Shown here: positions 30,212-39,713 of the stretch, piece by piece
How positions within the stretch are numbered: the first letter of the stretch is position 1
How the letters are laid out: each line of letters opens with the position of its first letter
From: an uncultured Candidatus Saccharibacteria bacterium
Lineage (GTDB): Bacteria > Patescibacteriota > Minisyncoccia > Phycocordibacterales > UBA5272
Reading direction: 5' to 3'
Assembly: GCA_964538815.1 (NCBI GenBank)
Contig: CAZIHL010000001.1
Coordinates: forward strand, 79,034 to 143,033
DNA: 64,000 nt
Position numbers and translations under genes: made by a program
Notes under the pieces: model-generated
What the model was told of the DNA's origin: nothing
Seen by the model: the letters and a program-made list of their open reading frames with translations, nothing else
Database searches by the model: none

Positions 30212-31231
30212 ATGGCATCAGAATTTTTAGATGAAGAAATTTTAAATACAAACAATTCAGAAATTTTTTCATGTAAAATTTTAAAAGAAGACTTTCATAA
30301 ATTTAAATTACTTTCTTCACTTCTAGAAATTCGTGATACTCCAAATTTTTTAAATATTAAAGTAAAAGATGAACAAGTTTTGCAAAACTTTTTAAATAAA
30401 AATTTTGCAGGTGATGATTATAAAGTTCTCACAATAGTTGGTAGTCGTAAAAATTCTACTTATGGTAAGGAGGTTTTAAATTATTTATCAAGATCTCTCA
30501 AAGGGCAAAATATTATAATTGTTTCTGGGCTTGCGCTTGGTATAGATTCATTAGCACACAAAGTTGCACTTCAAAATAATTTTCCGACTATTTCTGTGCC
30601 TGGATCGGGACTTTCTAAAAAAGTAATTTATCCTGCAACAAATGTCAGACTTGCTGAAGAAATTTTAAATACAGGAAATATTCTTGTCTCAGAATATGAA
30701 GATGATCAAAAAAGTAAAATTTATTATTTCCCAGCAAGAAATAGAATAATGGCAGCGATATCTGACGCGGTATTAATAGTAGAAGCTGGTGAGAAAAGTG
30801 GAACATTAATCACAGCGAGACTTGCAATGGAATATGGTAAAAATGTTGGTGTAATTCCAAACACTATTTTTGCTGAAGCGTCAGTTGGGTCAAATAAATT
30901 AATTCAAGACGGAGCATCTCCAATTTTAAATGAATATGACTTGTTAGAACTTTTAAATATTAGTGTTGATAATCAATCAATAATGGATCTTGATTTTAAT
31001 TCTAAAGAAGGCAGAAATAAATTTGAAAAAGCTTTATCATTGCTCAGTATTAACGAAAGAAGTATTTTAGAAAAAATAATTCAAGAAGGAAATATTGAAA
31101 AAGAAGTTTTACTTTCTCAAATAGAAGAAGAGTTTAGTATTTCGTATACAGATATATTGGTAGCATTGATGAGTCTTGAAATAAATGGGTTTATAAAGGA
31201 AGAAATGGGGGAAATACGGATACTAAAATAA
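30212..31231 (+). CDS. dprA: DNA protecting protein DprA
   Basis: IVGSR, VSGLALGID..AH, FPARNRI, SGTLITA. Confidence 0.95.
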   Translation: MASEFLDEEILNTNNSEIFSCKILKEDFHKFKLLSSLLEIRDTPNFLNIKVKDEQVLQNFLNKNFAGDDYKVLTIVGSRKNSTYGKEVLNYLSRSLKGQNIIIVSGLALGIDSLAHKVALQNNFPTISVPGSGLSKKVIYPATNVRLAEEILNTGNILVSEYEDDQKSKIYYFPARNRIMAAISDAVLIVEAGEKSGTLITARLAMEYGKNVGVIPNTIFAEASVGSNKLIQDGASPILNEYDLLELLNISVDNQSIMDLDFNSKEGRNKFEKALSLLSINERSILEKIIQEGNIEKEVLLSQIEEEFSISYTDILVALMSLEINGFIKEEMGEIRILK

Positions 31232-31290
31232 AAAATATCAGTTTTTCTTTTGTGTTATACTAAATATAATATTATTTCTGTTTTTTATTT

Positions 31291-33279
31291 ATGCATAAAC
31301 TTATACATGGAAGAATAACTTTAACCAGCAAAGGAGATGGTTATGTTCGCCTTAGTGAAGATCATGAGAAGTTAGACCAAGCTTTTACCAAAGACGAATC
31401 TGTTTTTGTAGACCATGAACATTTAAATTGTGCTTTTCATGGAGATACTGTAGAAGTAGAAGTATTAGGCAAAAGAAAAAATGAAAAAACAGGTGAGGAC
31501 ATTTTTTACGGAAAAGTCTCAGAAATACTTGAAAGAGCAAAATATGCTCATGCGGGTAAACTAGAAGAAGATAACGGAATGTTTTTTTTGGTCCCAGATG
31601 ATAAAAAAACTTATACGGACTTTATAGTAAAAAAAGAAGATGCAAATGATGCACAAGCTGGAGATAAGGTCGTAGTAGAAATATCAAAATGGGATGATCA
31701 TAAAAAATCTCCATTTGCAAAAGTTGTGCAAGTGCTTGGAAAGCCGGGAGACAATAATGCAGAGATGTTAGCTTTCGCACTTGAGAGAGGGTTCTATAGT
31801 GATCACAAAGAAGAAGTAAAAGCAGAAGCTGAAGCAATTCATACGAGAGGTATTACAGAAGAAGATAAAAAAATAAATGAAAATGGTATTGACGGGAGAA
31901 GAGATTTTAGAGAGGTTCTAACTTTTACTATTGATCCAGCTGATGCAAAAGATTTTGACGATGCGATAAGTATTAGAAATTTAGATAATGGTAATTATGA
32001 AATAGGAATTCATATTGCTGATGTTTCTTATTATCTTAAAAAAGATATGAAAATGGACGATGAAGCTATTTATAGAGAGACAAGTGTTTATTTGGTAGAC
32101 AGAACAATTCCTATGCTTCCAGAAGTTCTTTCTAATGATCTTTGCTCACTTGTAGAAGGGAAAGATAGACTGGTTATGAGTGCAATATTTGAAATAGATG
32201 AAAAGGCTGAAGTGAAAGACGAATGGTATGGAAGAGGAATTATTTATTCAGATAAAAGATTTACTTACGAAGACGCACAGGAGATTATAGAAAATGGAGG
32301 ATTGTATGAAAAAGAATTAAAAATATTAAATTCTTTATCAAAAAAATTAGCTGACAGAAAAGAAGAAAACGGAGCACTTATAATAGAAACAGAAGAAGTT
32401 AAATTTAAACTCGATGAAAATGGTGTTCCAGTTGATGTGTATGTAAAAGAAAGAAAAGACGCCCATAAAATGATTGAAGAATTCATGTTGCTTGCCAATA
32501 GAAAAGTTTCTAAATTTATTTATGATGAAGAAAAAAATAATAATCAAGCAATAATTTCAGTTTACAGAATTCATGATAAACCAGATCCTGACAAAATGCA
32601 TGAGTTAGATTTATTTATTAGAAGTATTGGAGAAAGAGTAAAATTTATTGATGGGCTTATACCTTCAACAGAATTAAATAAACTTCTTGAAAAATTAAAA
32701 AAAGAAGGAAGAGAAGCTGAAAAAGATTTGCTTTCAATGCACATTTCAAGAAGTATGCAAAAGGCAGCTTATTCTACAAATAATGTAGGACATTATGGGC
32801 TTGCATTTCCATTTTATTCTCACTTTACTTCACCTATTAGAAGATATCCCGATGTAATGCTTCATAGAATTTTAATGAGAGTTTTAAAGAAAGATTGGAT
32901 TAAAGCTGAAGAAAAAGGATATTTTGATAGAATGTGCGCTTTAGCGAGTCGTCGTGAAAAAGAAGCGGCCGATGCTGAAAGGGGAAGCGTGAAATACAAA
33001 CAGGTTGAATATATGAGTTATAGAATAGGACAGACTTTTGATGGAGTTGTATCTGGAGTATCACAATGGGGAATATATGTAGAGGAAGCTAAAAGTAGAA
33101 GTGAAGGTATGATTAGGTTAAAAGATTTGGGTGAAGATTTTTATATTTACAATGAAAAGGATTCTTCAATTCGTGGTGAAAATGGAGGAGAACAATTTAG
33201 AATAGGAGATAGGATAAAAATAAAAGTTAAATCAACTAATCTTGATTTAAAACAGATAGATTATGAATTAGTTAAATAA
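31291..33279 (+). CDS. rnr: ribonuclease R
   Basis: TIDPADAKDFDDA, HIADVS, HFTSPIRRYPD, C-terminal S1 domain. Confidence 0.95.
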   Translation: MHKLIHGRITLTSKGDGYVRLSEDHEKLDQAFTKDESVFVDHEHLNCAFHGDTVEVEVLGKRKNEKTGEDIFYGKVSEILERAKYAHAGKLEEDNGMFFLVPDDKKTYTDFIVKKEDANDAQAGDKVVVEISKWDDHKKSPFAKVVQVLGKPGDNNAEMLAFALERGFYSDHKEEVKAEAEAIHTRGITEEDKKINENGIDGRRDFREVLTFTIDPADAKDFDDAISIRNLDNGNYEIGIHIADVSYYLKKDMKMDDEAIYRETSVYLVDRTIPMLPEVLSNDLCSLVEGKDRLVMSAIFEIDEKAEVKDEWYGRGIIYSDKRFTYEDAQEIIENGGLYEKELKILNSLSKKLADRKEENGALIIETEEVKFKLDENGVPVDVYVKERKDAHKMIEEFMLLANRKVSKFIYDEEKNNNQAIISVYRIHDKPDPDKMHELDLFIRSIGERVKFIDGLIPSTELNKLLEKLKKEGREAEKDLLSMHISRSMQKAAYSTNNVGHYGLAFPFYSHFTSPIRRYPDVMLHRILMRVLKKDWIKAEEKGYFDRMCALASRREKEAADAERGSVKYKQVEYMSYRIGQTFDGVVSGVSQWGIYVEEAKSRSEGMIRLKDLGEDFYIYNEKDSSIRGENGGEQFRIGDRIKIKVKSTNLDLKQIDYELVK

Positions 33280-33360
33280 ATATTATATTTATAAAAGACT
33301 TTTCTTTTTTATAAAAATGTGCTATATTATTTGAATAAAAATTAAGACAAATATTTTATT

Positions 33361-33666
33361 ATGTTAAAAATCAGATTACAAAGACTAGGTAGAAAGAACG
33401 ACCCGCATTTTAAATTGATCGTTACTCCACAAACATATAAGCCAAAAACTCATAAATTTATTGAAGATTTAGGTTTTTATGATGTAAAAAGTGGTACATA
33501 CAAATTTAAAGGTGACAGGGTAAAATACTGGATAAGTGTAGGAGCAAAAGTAACTCCAACTGTTCATAATTTTCTTGTAGCAGAAAAAGTAATAGAAGGA
33601 AAGAAAATAAATGTTCTTCCAAAGAAAAGCGTTACAAGGCCAAAGAAAGAAATGAAGAAGAAGTAA
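33361..33666 (+). CDS. rpsP: 30S ribosomal protein S16
   Basis: MLKIRLQRLGRK..P, WISVGA; rpsP-KH-trmD synteny. Confidence 0.95.
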   Translation: MLKIRLQRLGRKNDPHFKLIVTPQTYKPKTHKFIEDLGFYDVKSGTYKFKGDRVKYWISVGAKVTPTVHNFLVAEKVIEGKKINVLPKKSVTRPKKEMKKK

Positions 33667-33776
33667 TTTTTACTTTTTTCTAATTTAAAACTTAAAAGTG
33701 TTAATTAAAAAAGATCTGTGTATTTTTGTCGTGATATAATGTATTTGTTATTAAGATAATAATTTGAAAATAATAT

Positions 33777-34106
33777 ATGGTTAAAGATTCAGAATTTGTA
33801 GAATTCATCGTAAAGAGTTTAGTAGATAATCCAGGAGAAGTAAAAATCGATAGGAAAGTTGATGAAATGGGGGTGCTCATCACAGTAGATGTTGGAAAGG
33901 ATGATATGGGAAAAATTATTGGTCGCCAAGGTGCTACAGCAAAAGCAATCAGAACACTACTGCGAGTAGTTGGAATGAAAAATAATGCAAGAGTAAATCT
34001 TAAAATCAATGAGCCAGTAGAAATGCTTGGAGCACAATCAGGCGAAGGATATAGATCACACCTTGATGATGTAGACGCAGTAATGGATGGAATAAAAGGA
34101 ATTTAA
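33777..34106 (+). CDS. khpA: KH-domain RNA-binding protein KhpA
   Basis: DMGKIIGRQGATAKAIRTLL; lies between rpsP and trmD. Confidence 0.9.
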   Translation: MVKDSEFVEFIVKSLVDNPGEVKIDRKVDEMGVLITVDVGKDDMGKIIGRQGATAKAIRTLLRVVGMKNNARVNLKINEPVEMLGAQSGEGYRSHLDDVDAVMDGIKGI

Positions 34107-34172
34107 TAAATAAAATAAAAACCGCATAATATACAGCGGTTTTTATTTTTGGTATAATCTTAAATAATTTTT

Positions 34173-34919
34173 ATGAAATATTTTGTTATTACACTTTTTC
34201 CAAATATTATAGATTCCTATGTAAATGAGTCTATAATTGGTCGTGCACAAGAGGCTAAAACTATAAAAGTAAAATCATATCACTTGCGTGAATTCACAAA
34301 AGATAAACATCGTCGCACTGATGGAAAGCCTTTTGGTGGAGGTCCTGGAATGGTTTTATGGGTGGATCCTATTATAAATACTTTTGAAAAAATTTTAAAA
34401 GAAATAGATAAAGATAAGAAACAAAAAAATGATTCTGCAAAGAAAAATATTTTAATAGTGAATTTTGTCCCGTCGGCCCAAGTTTTTGATAATAATTTAG
34501 CAAAAGAATATTCTAAAAAATATAATTATATTATTTTTATTTGTGGGCGATATGAAGGAGTGGACGCTAGAGTAAATGATGTGGTAAAAGATATTCTCGC
34601 AAATAAAAAGAAAGAATTAAAAGAAAAAGGGATAATTTTGAATAGTAAAATTGAAAATATTTCTATTGGGAAATTTGTTTTGACTGGTGGCGAATTACCA
34701 GCACTTATTATGATTGATGCAATAAGTAGACAAATAAAAGGAGTTTTGCACGACAATGAAAGTATTGAAGAAAATAGAGTAGCGAGTTCTGAAGTGTATG
34801 CTCGCCCAGAAATATATGAAAAGAAAGTTGGCGGAAAAATAAAAAAGTATAAAGTGCCAGAAGTTTTGCTTTCAGGTCATCATGCAAAGATAGAAGAGTG
34901 GAGGAAAAATAAAAAATAA
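34173..34919 (+). CDS. trmD: tRNA (guanine37-N1)-methyltransferase
   Basis: PFGGGPGM, CGRYEGVD, SIG.FVLTGGE, VPEVLLSGHH. Confidence 0.97.
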   Translation: MKYFVITLFPNIIDSYVNESIIGRAQEAKTIKVKSYHLREFTKDKHRRTDGKPFGGGPGMVLWVDPIINTFEKILKEIDKDKKQKNDSAKKNILIVNFVPSAQVFDNNLAKEYSKKYNYIIFICGRYEGVDARVNDVVKDILANKKKELKEKGIILNSKIENISIGKFVLTGGELPALIMIDAISRQIKGVLHDNESIEENRVASSEVYARPEIYEKKVGGKIKKYKVPEVLLSGHHAKIEEWRKNKK

Positions 34920-35134
34920 TGTATATTAAAGTGAAAATCCAAACTGAATCTAAAAAAGAGTCTTTTGAAAAAGTAAAAGATGATACTTTTAATATTTCTG
35001 TGAAAGAAGAAGCTAGAAACGGCTGGGCAAATGAAAGAGTGATAGAGATTTTAAAAAAAGAATTAAATAAGAGAAATGTAAGATTGGTAGCAGGGCACAC
35101 GAGTCCAAGTAAAATATTTTCAATTGAAGATTAA
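34919..35134 (+). CDS. DUF167/YggU family protein
   Basis: V....A..G.AN and G.TS..K pattern in a 71-aa ORF. Confidence 0.75.
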   Translation: MYIKVKIQTESKKESFEKVKDDTFNISVKEEARNGWANERVIEILKKELNKRNVRLVAGHTSPSKIFSIED

Positions 35135-35169
35135 CTGCTTTTTTGTTATAATTTTAAAAAATAAGTTAA

Positions 35170-35245
35170 GCCAATATAGCTCAGTTGGTAGAGCACATCC
35201 ATGGTAAGGATGAGGTCATCAGTTCGATCCTGATTATTGGCTCCA
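35170..35245 (+). tRNA. tRNA-Thr(GGT)
   Basis: GCCAATA...CATCC-ATGGTAA-GGATG...GTTCGATC..TATTGGCTCCA. Confidence 0.95.
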
Positions 35246-35376
35246 GTTTTGTAGAAAAAGACACAGAAGACCCAAGAGAGTGGGACGCGCTCCGCTCGGC
35301 AACCCCGAAAGAAAAATGTCTCTTGCTTTTTTGATTTGCGCAGGTTTTCGCTTCGGGATTTTTCGGCGGCGGCTAT
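35241..35376 (+). repeat. left 136-bp inverted repeat
   Basis: CTCCAGTTTTGTAGAAAAAG...CGGCGGCTAT; 132/136 match to the reverse complement of 38331-38466. Confidence 0.97.
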
Positions 35377-35413
35377 GGACAAAAACGACTAAAACTGCTA
35401 AAATTCATTTCAT

Positions 35414-38323
35414 ATGGAGAAGCCACATTTTGAAGCACGATTTGGACAAACAAAGAAGACGCTTGAATCTTCGCGAGCGGAAATAAATGAGTTTTTGAAA
35501 CAAGAAACTCTCGACGAACGAGATAGAGTTCGCCTCACTCGTGTTTTGCAATTAGTAGAACGCTATCAACCGGAACGAGAAGTTGAAGAACCAAAAGTTA
35601 ATAAGTGGCGAAGCTATCTCGAAAGCGTGTATCGTTTTTTACCGAGTCGAAAAAAAACGCAAAAACCAATTGAAAATATTTCCGCTCGCTCATATCTACT
35701 TGCTGAAAAAACAATCGCTTCACTTCGGGAACTTCAACATGTAGATTTCCAACTTGAACAAGAAAGTGGATTTTCTGAAGAAGAAGTTTTAAATCAAGAA
35801 CGACCGAGTAAAGTTGAAAGAGAGGAAACATTAGACACTTCTCTTACACTTGAATACGAAAAGAAAAATTGGGGTGTAGAACGAGTTTGTCTTGATGGTG
35901 TGCAAAATCACTTGCCATCAGACTCAAAAGGTGAGCATGTTTGGGTAAGATGTTTAGTTGGTGGCAAGTGGGTTTCTTTGACAGAAGCAAAAGACAAAAA
36001 AGATCAAATAGAAGCGGTGAGATTTGCAGACGATGGCGTTGGTTTTGATGTAAAAAATCTAGTACTTTTATATTCCACAAAAGCGGAGGAAAAAGAATCT
36101 CGCGGACAATTTGGAGAAGGTATGAAAATGATGGCCGCCGCGGCTCTGCGGGAGGGCTTGGAGCCGGAAATGGAATCTCAAGACTGGCGCGCAAAGCCAA
36201 CACCAAAAGAAGTAGAGGTTTTTGATACACGACATCAAAAAGAACGAGTTATTCAACAACTCTCGTTTAAAGTTGACTATTTAGCTGGCGAGCCAATGAT
36301 TGGTTCTCGCACTACTTTTCATAAGCCAACCGAAGCGTTTGTTGACGAGTTAATGCAAATTGAAAAGAAAGTTTTGGCTTTGCGCGAAAATTATCGTCCC
36401 GTTTTTGTGGGAAGTACGGGCGAAATTGTAGATCGTGAATCAGGAAGTCTATTTGTAAAAGGAATTTATGTTAGAGGTAAGAAAACTTTGTTTTCTTACA
36501 ACTTTGAAGATGTTGAAACAAACCGAGATCGCAACAGAATTGTTTCAGAAGGTTTAGAAAGAAGAATTGCAAAAATAGTTCAAGAAATTTCCGATAAACG
36601 ATTGGTTAAAACAATGCTTCAAAAAAGTATTGTGGAACCGGACGCAGTTGAAAGTTCTTTTTATGATCTAAGAGCCGAACATCCAACAGTATGGATTGAG
36701 GGATTTTATGAAGCATTTGGAAAAGATGCAGTTCTGGATACAGGTTTCAAAATCCCCGATACTTTCAAAGATAAGCCGTTGAACAAAGTTAAAGTGCCGT
36801 CTGGCATGCAGAGTTTGCTTTTGCGAGCGGGAGTAAAGACCGACCAAGAGGTCACACCTGATTTTTGGGAGGAAACAATCCCGACTTCCTTAACTCTTGA
36901 ATACGGAAAAGATATTTGGAATGAGGAAAGAATTTTACTTGACGCGGTGCAAAATCATTTACCGCACGATTCCGGCGGTTTAAATATCGGTTTGCGTTTC
37001 AAAACTAAAGATGGCAAGTGGCACTCATTTAGAGATTTACCAGATATTAAAGACGAAGAGGTAGAGTCCGTAAAAATTTATGATGATGGACGCGGATATG
37101 ACTCTCGTTTGCTCGGTTTTTTCTACTCTACAAAAGGAGAGGGTGAAAGCACCGGAAAATTTGGCGAGGGTTTGAAAATGTTGTGCATAGCTTCACTACG
37201 CAAGGGTATTGATATGACTTTGCGTTCTCAAAATTGGTCATCGAAACCGAGAGCGTTACGACAAGAAGTTGATGGAAAGCAAATTGATCAGCTTGTTTTT
37301 GATGTAATTCACGCTGTTAAAAAACAAGAAATGGACGATGATGAGGGGCTTTATCAAAGCAGTTCAACTACATTTTCAAACCCGACGCCGGAATTATTGC
37401 AAGAATTTCGCCAAATTAACAAAAAAGTTCTCGCAATAGAAAGAGCAAAACCAGTAGAAAGAACTTCAAATGGAGATGTACTTTCGCTTGATGGAGGAAT
37501 GGTTTATGTGCGAGAACTTTTGATTCCAGGAGACCACAATTTGCTTTTCACTTATCATTTGCCGAGATTGGAAATTAAAAATCGAGACCGAAGTTTTGTT
37601 GACCAACAAGAACTTACTCCGGCTATCGCAGGGGTATGGTCGGAGACCGAAAATCCTGAAGTTATCAAAAGTTTTCTTTTCAAAGCAAATTTGGAAGCGC
37701 AAAAAGGTGGCGGAAAAGATAAGGTCGAATTTTCGATGGATTTTACCCCCAAAGATACTGAAAACTGGAAAAAGATTTTCGAGGAAGTTTTTGGAAAAGA
37801 TACCGCTATTCGCGATATGCGCTCGGAAGATTTTGACGCTATGCAACAAAATATGCATGTCGGTTTGGAACTTGTATCTTTTCCAAGCGCAACATATCAA
37901 GTTTTGAAAAGACTTGGATTGCCAACATATGAATCTCGTTTATCTGAAATGACCGATGTGGAGCATATTCCTAACGAAGAGCTAACAGCAGAAGAAAAAG
38001 CGTTATTGGAGGTTTTAACAGCGATTGATGAATATTTACCGAACAATAGGCCGTCTGAGATTAAAGTCTATAAGCGCAAAACAGATGGTCAAAAAGTTGC
38101 AGCTGGTTTTGCTGATGGTGTAAATATTCATCTTTTGCGCGAAATTCTATCTGATTTTACTCACGCGGCAGATGTGTATGTTCACGAGAAAACGCATCAT
38201 AATACCGGTGGCGCACAAGACGCAAGTTCAGATTTCAGAAATTACCTAAGTTTTGCGCTGGGCAAGATGGCGTTAGATCAATTGAAAAAAGTTCGACCAG
38301 ATTTAGTAAAGACAGAGAGTTAA
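35414..38323 (+). CDS. tandem GHKL (HATPase_c)-like ATPase with C-terminal HExxH motif
   Basis: Two internal repeats, each with VQNH, DDGxG, STK and GxFGEG; HEKTH near the C-terminus. Confidence 0.8.
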   Translation: MEKPHFEARFGQTKKTLESSRAEINEFLKQETLDERDRVRLTRVLQLVERYQPEREVEEPKVNKWRSYLESVYRFLPSRKKTQKPIENISARSYLLAEKTIASLRELQHVDFQLEQESGFSEEEVLNQERPSKVEREETLDTSLTLEYEKKNWGVERVCLDGVQNHLPSDSKGEHVWVRCLVGGKWVSLTEAKDKKDQIEAVRFADDGVGFDVKNLVLLYSTKAEEKESRGQFGEGMKMMAAAALREGLEPEMESQDWRAKPTPKEVEVFDTRHQKERVIQQLSFKVDYLAGEPMIGSRTTFHKPTEAFVDELMQIEKKVLALRENYRPVFVGSTGEIVDRESGSLFVKGIYVRGKKTLFSYNFEDVETNRDRNRIVSEGLERRIAKIVQEISDKRLVKTMLQKSIVEPDAVESSFYDLRAEHPTVWIEGFYEAFGKDAVLDTGFKIPDTFKDKPLNKVKVPSGMQSLLLRAGVKTDQEVTPDFWEETIPTSLTLEYGKDIWNEERILLDAVQNHLPHDSGGLNIGLRFKTKDGKWHSFRDLPDIKDEEVESVKIYDDGRGYDSRLLGFFYSTKGEGESTGKFGEGLKMLCIASLRKGIDMTLRSQNWSSKPRALRQEVDGKQIDQLVFDVIHAVKKQEMDDDEGLYQSSSTTFSNPTPELLQEFRQINKKVLAIERAKPVERTSNGDVLSLDGGMVYVRELLIPGDHNLLFTYHLPRLEIKNRDRSFVDQQELTPAIAGVWSETENPEVIKSFLFKANLEAQKGGGKDKVEFSMDFTPKDTENWKKIFEEVFGKDTAIRDMRSEDFDAMQQNMHVGLELVSFPSATYQVLKRLGLPTYESRLSEMTDVEHIPNEELTAEEKALLEVLTAIDEYLPNNRPSEIKVYKRKTDGQKVAAGFADGVNIHLLREILSDFTHAADVYVHEKTHHNTGGAQDASSDFRNYLSFALGKMALDQLKKVRPDLVKTES

Positions 38324-38330
38324 TTTCTTG

Positions 38331-38466
38331 ATAGCCGTCGCCGAAAAATCCCGAAGCGAAAGCCCGCGTAAATCAAAAAAGCAAGAGACATTTTTCTTTC
38401 GGGGTTGCCGAGCGGAGCGCGTCCCACTCTCTTGGGTCTTCTGTGTCTTTTTCTACAAAACTGGAG
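38331..38466 (-). repeat. right 136-bp inverted repeat
   Basis: ATAGCCGTCG...CTACAAAACTGGAG; reverse complement of the left repeat with 4 mismatches. Confidence 0.97.
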
Positions 38467-38705
38467 TGTCTTTATGACTTCGCTCGAACTTACTTTATCA
38501 AAAATTCCTAATGAATCCAAATGCGGACTCGGTTTTGCCAAACTATTTTTCTGGGGAAAAGGATTGGCAAAACCTCGGCTGTTTTCCCGCCCGCAGGAGG
38601 GGTCTGGGGAGGAATCCGCATGGGCTGGGCTTCCGTTTTTTTTGTGGCTAAAATGGCTTAAAAACAAAGGTTTTTTAGAGTTAAACTAGGTTATAGCGAT
38701 TTGGC

Positions 38706-38734
38706 TTGACAAAATAGACTAGATATGCTATACT
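38706..38734 (+). promoter_or_regulatory. near-consensus sigma70 promoter
   Basis: TTGACA-17 nt-TATACT with extended TG. Confidence 0.85.
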
Positions 38735-38805
38735 TAACGCATAATTTGAGGCGGTAAAAATACTCCTTAAATTATGTAAATTGTTCTTTGATAAGCGAGA
38801 TTAGT

Positions 38806-38892
38806 GAAAATTTCTTTTGCTCTACTACTTCGTGAGTAGCATAGTATGTATCTCAATTTGAGGTATCTAGTGTGCTACTCATGTTGAGGAGC
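38806..38892 (+). repeat. structured element A1 (long hairpin in 5' UTR)
   Basis: CGTGAGTAGCATA pairs with TGTGCTACTCATG; shares GAAAATTT, TCGTGAGTAGC and TCTAGTG with A2. Confidence 0.7.
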
Positions 38893-38933
38893 CCTTGATG
38901 CGAGGAACGTATCATTAAAAAAAAATTTTTGAT

Positions 38934-39698
38934 ATGATATTATGGTCTAACGAGATGGGCGAGAGGGGGCGAGGAGCCTGGCTGTTATTTATAAAGGATG
39001 ACGAAGTCATCGTCTTCCGCGGCCAGAACATCCCCGGTGTGGTCGTCGTGCGCGGCACGGACTACACCAAGAACGGGAAGTGGTCTCACACCACCTACCG
39101 CCTCCAGCTTGTCCCTGGAGTTCGCCAGATAGCCGGATACTCCGGCTGGGAAACCGGTCGGTTCGTCGAAGGCCTCGGCTCCGCCGTTGGCTGCGCAACG
39201 CCCGACACGTGGGCGGACACGGCCAAGGCTCTTGGGGTTTCGGTCCCGAGCGTGATGGAGTTCCTGCGGAGCTGGCGTCCGAAAGCCGCGGCGAAGCTGG
39301 ACGAAGTCGAGCAGGCGTTGGCCGATCTCGAGGAAGCCTCCTCTCAACAGGAGACCGACTCGGTGATCGTTACCGTCTCCTTCGGTTCGCCGACCAACCG
39401 CGCCATCAGCGATGGCTACTGGGTGGCGCCGAAGGCGATCCCGGGCTACAATGCGGAGATCCACCTGAAGGATCGCTCGCAGGGCTGGAACGAGGGGAAC
39501 ATCGAGGTTGTCGGAATCTCCGGCACCATCCTCTCGGTCAAGCACTCGGCCGGAATGCACGGCGGTTACTACGCCGTGTCGGTCGCGGTGATACCCGGAA
39601 CGGAGACCGAGATCCCGCCCTTCGAGACCAGCAAGCCTTGTAACGGTGGTAACACCGTGTTGGGCGATGCCCTCCGTAAGGCAGGGCTCCGCAGCTAG
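38934..39698 (+). CDS. GC-rich orphan protein
   Basis: 254-aa ORF with strong G/C third positions in this frame; two sampled 60-nt lines were 60% and 70% GC. Confidence 0.85.
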   Translation: MILWSNEMGERGRGAWLLFIKDDEVIVFRGQNIPGVVVVRGTDYTKNGKWSHTTYRLQLVPGVRQIAGYSGWETGRFVEGLGSAVGCATPDTWADTAKALGVSVPSVMEFLRSWRPKAAAKLDEVEQALADLEEASSQQETDSVIVTVSFGSPTNRAISDGYWVAPKAIPGYNAEIHLKDRSQGWNEGNIEVVGISGTILSVKHSAGMHGGYYAVSVAVIPGTETEIPPFETSKPCNGGNTVLGDALRKAGLRS

Positions 39699-39713
39699 TC
39701 TCGTATCGTATTT

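Larger units (their letters stand above)
35241..38466. mobile_element. non-autonomous cassette bounded by 136-bp inverted repeats at the tRNA-Thr 3' end
   Basis: Long IRs, higher GC than host, tRNA location; no recombinase gene inside. Confidence 0.7.

Noticed and set aside
35146-35486. Short ORFs 35146-35382 and 35280-35486, and the similar peptide in 38320-38667
   Set aside because: The shared peptide only reflects the non-coding inverted repeat and tRNA; no protein family signal.
35241-38466. Interpretation as an IS, prophage or classical integron
   Set aside because: No transposase, integrase or phage genes seen, no direct att repeat of the tRNA end, and no target-site duplication evident.
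38985-39643. Long alternative-frame and antisense ORFs over the GC-rich gene
   Set aside because: Expected from stop-codon scarcity at high GC; third-position bias supports 38934-39698.
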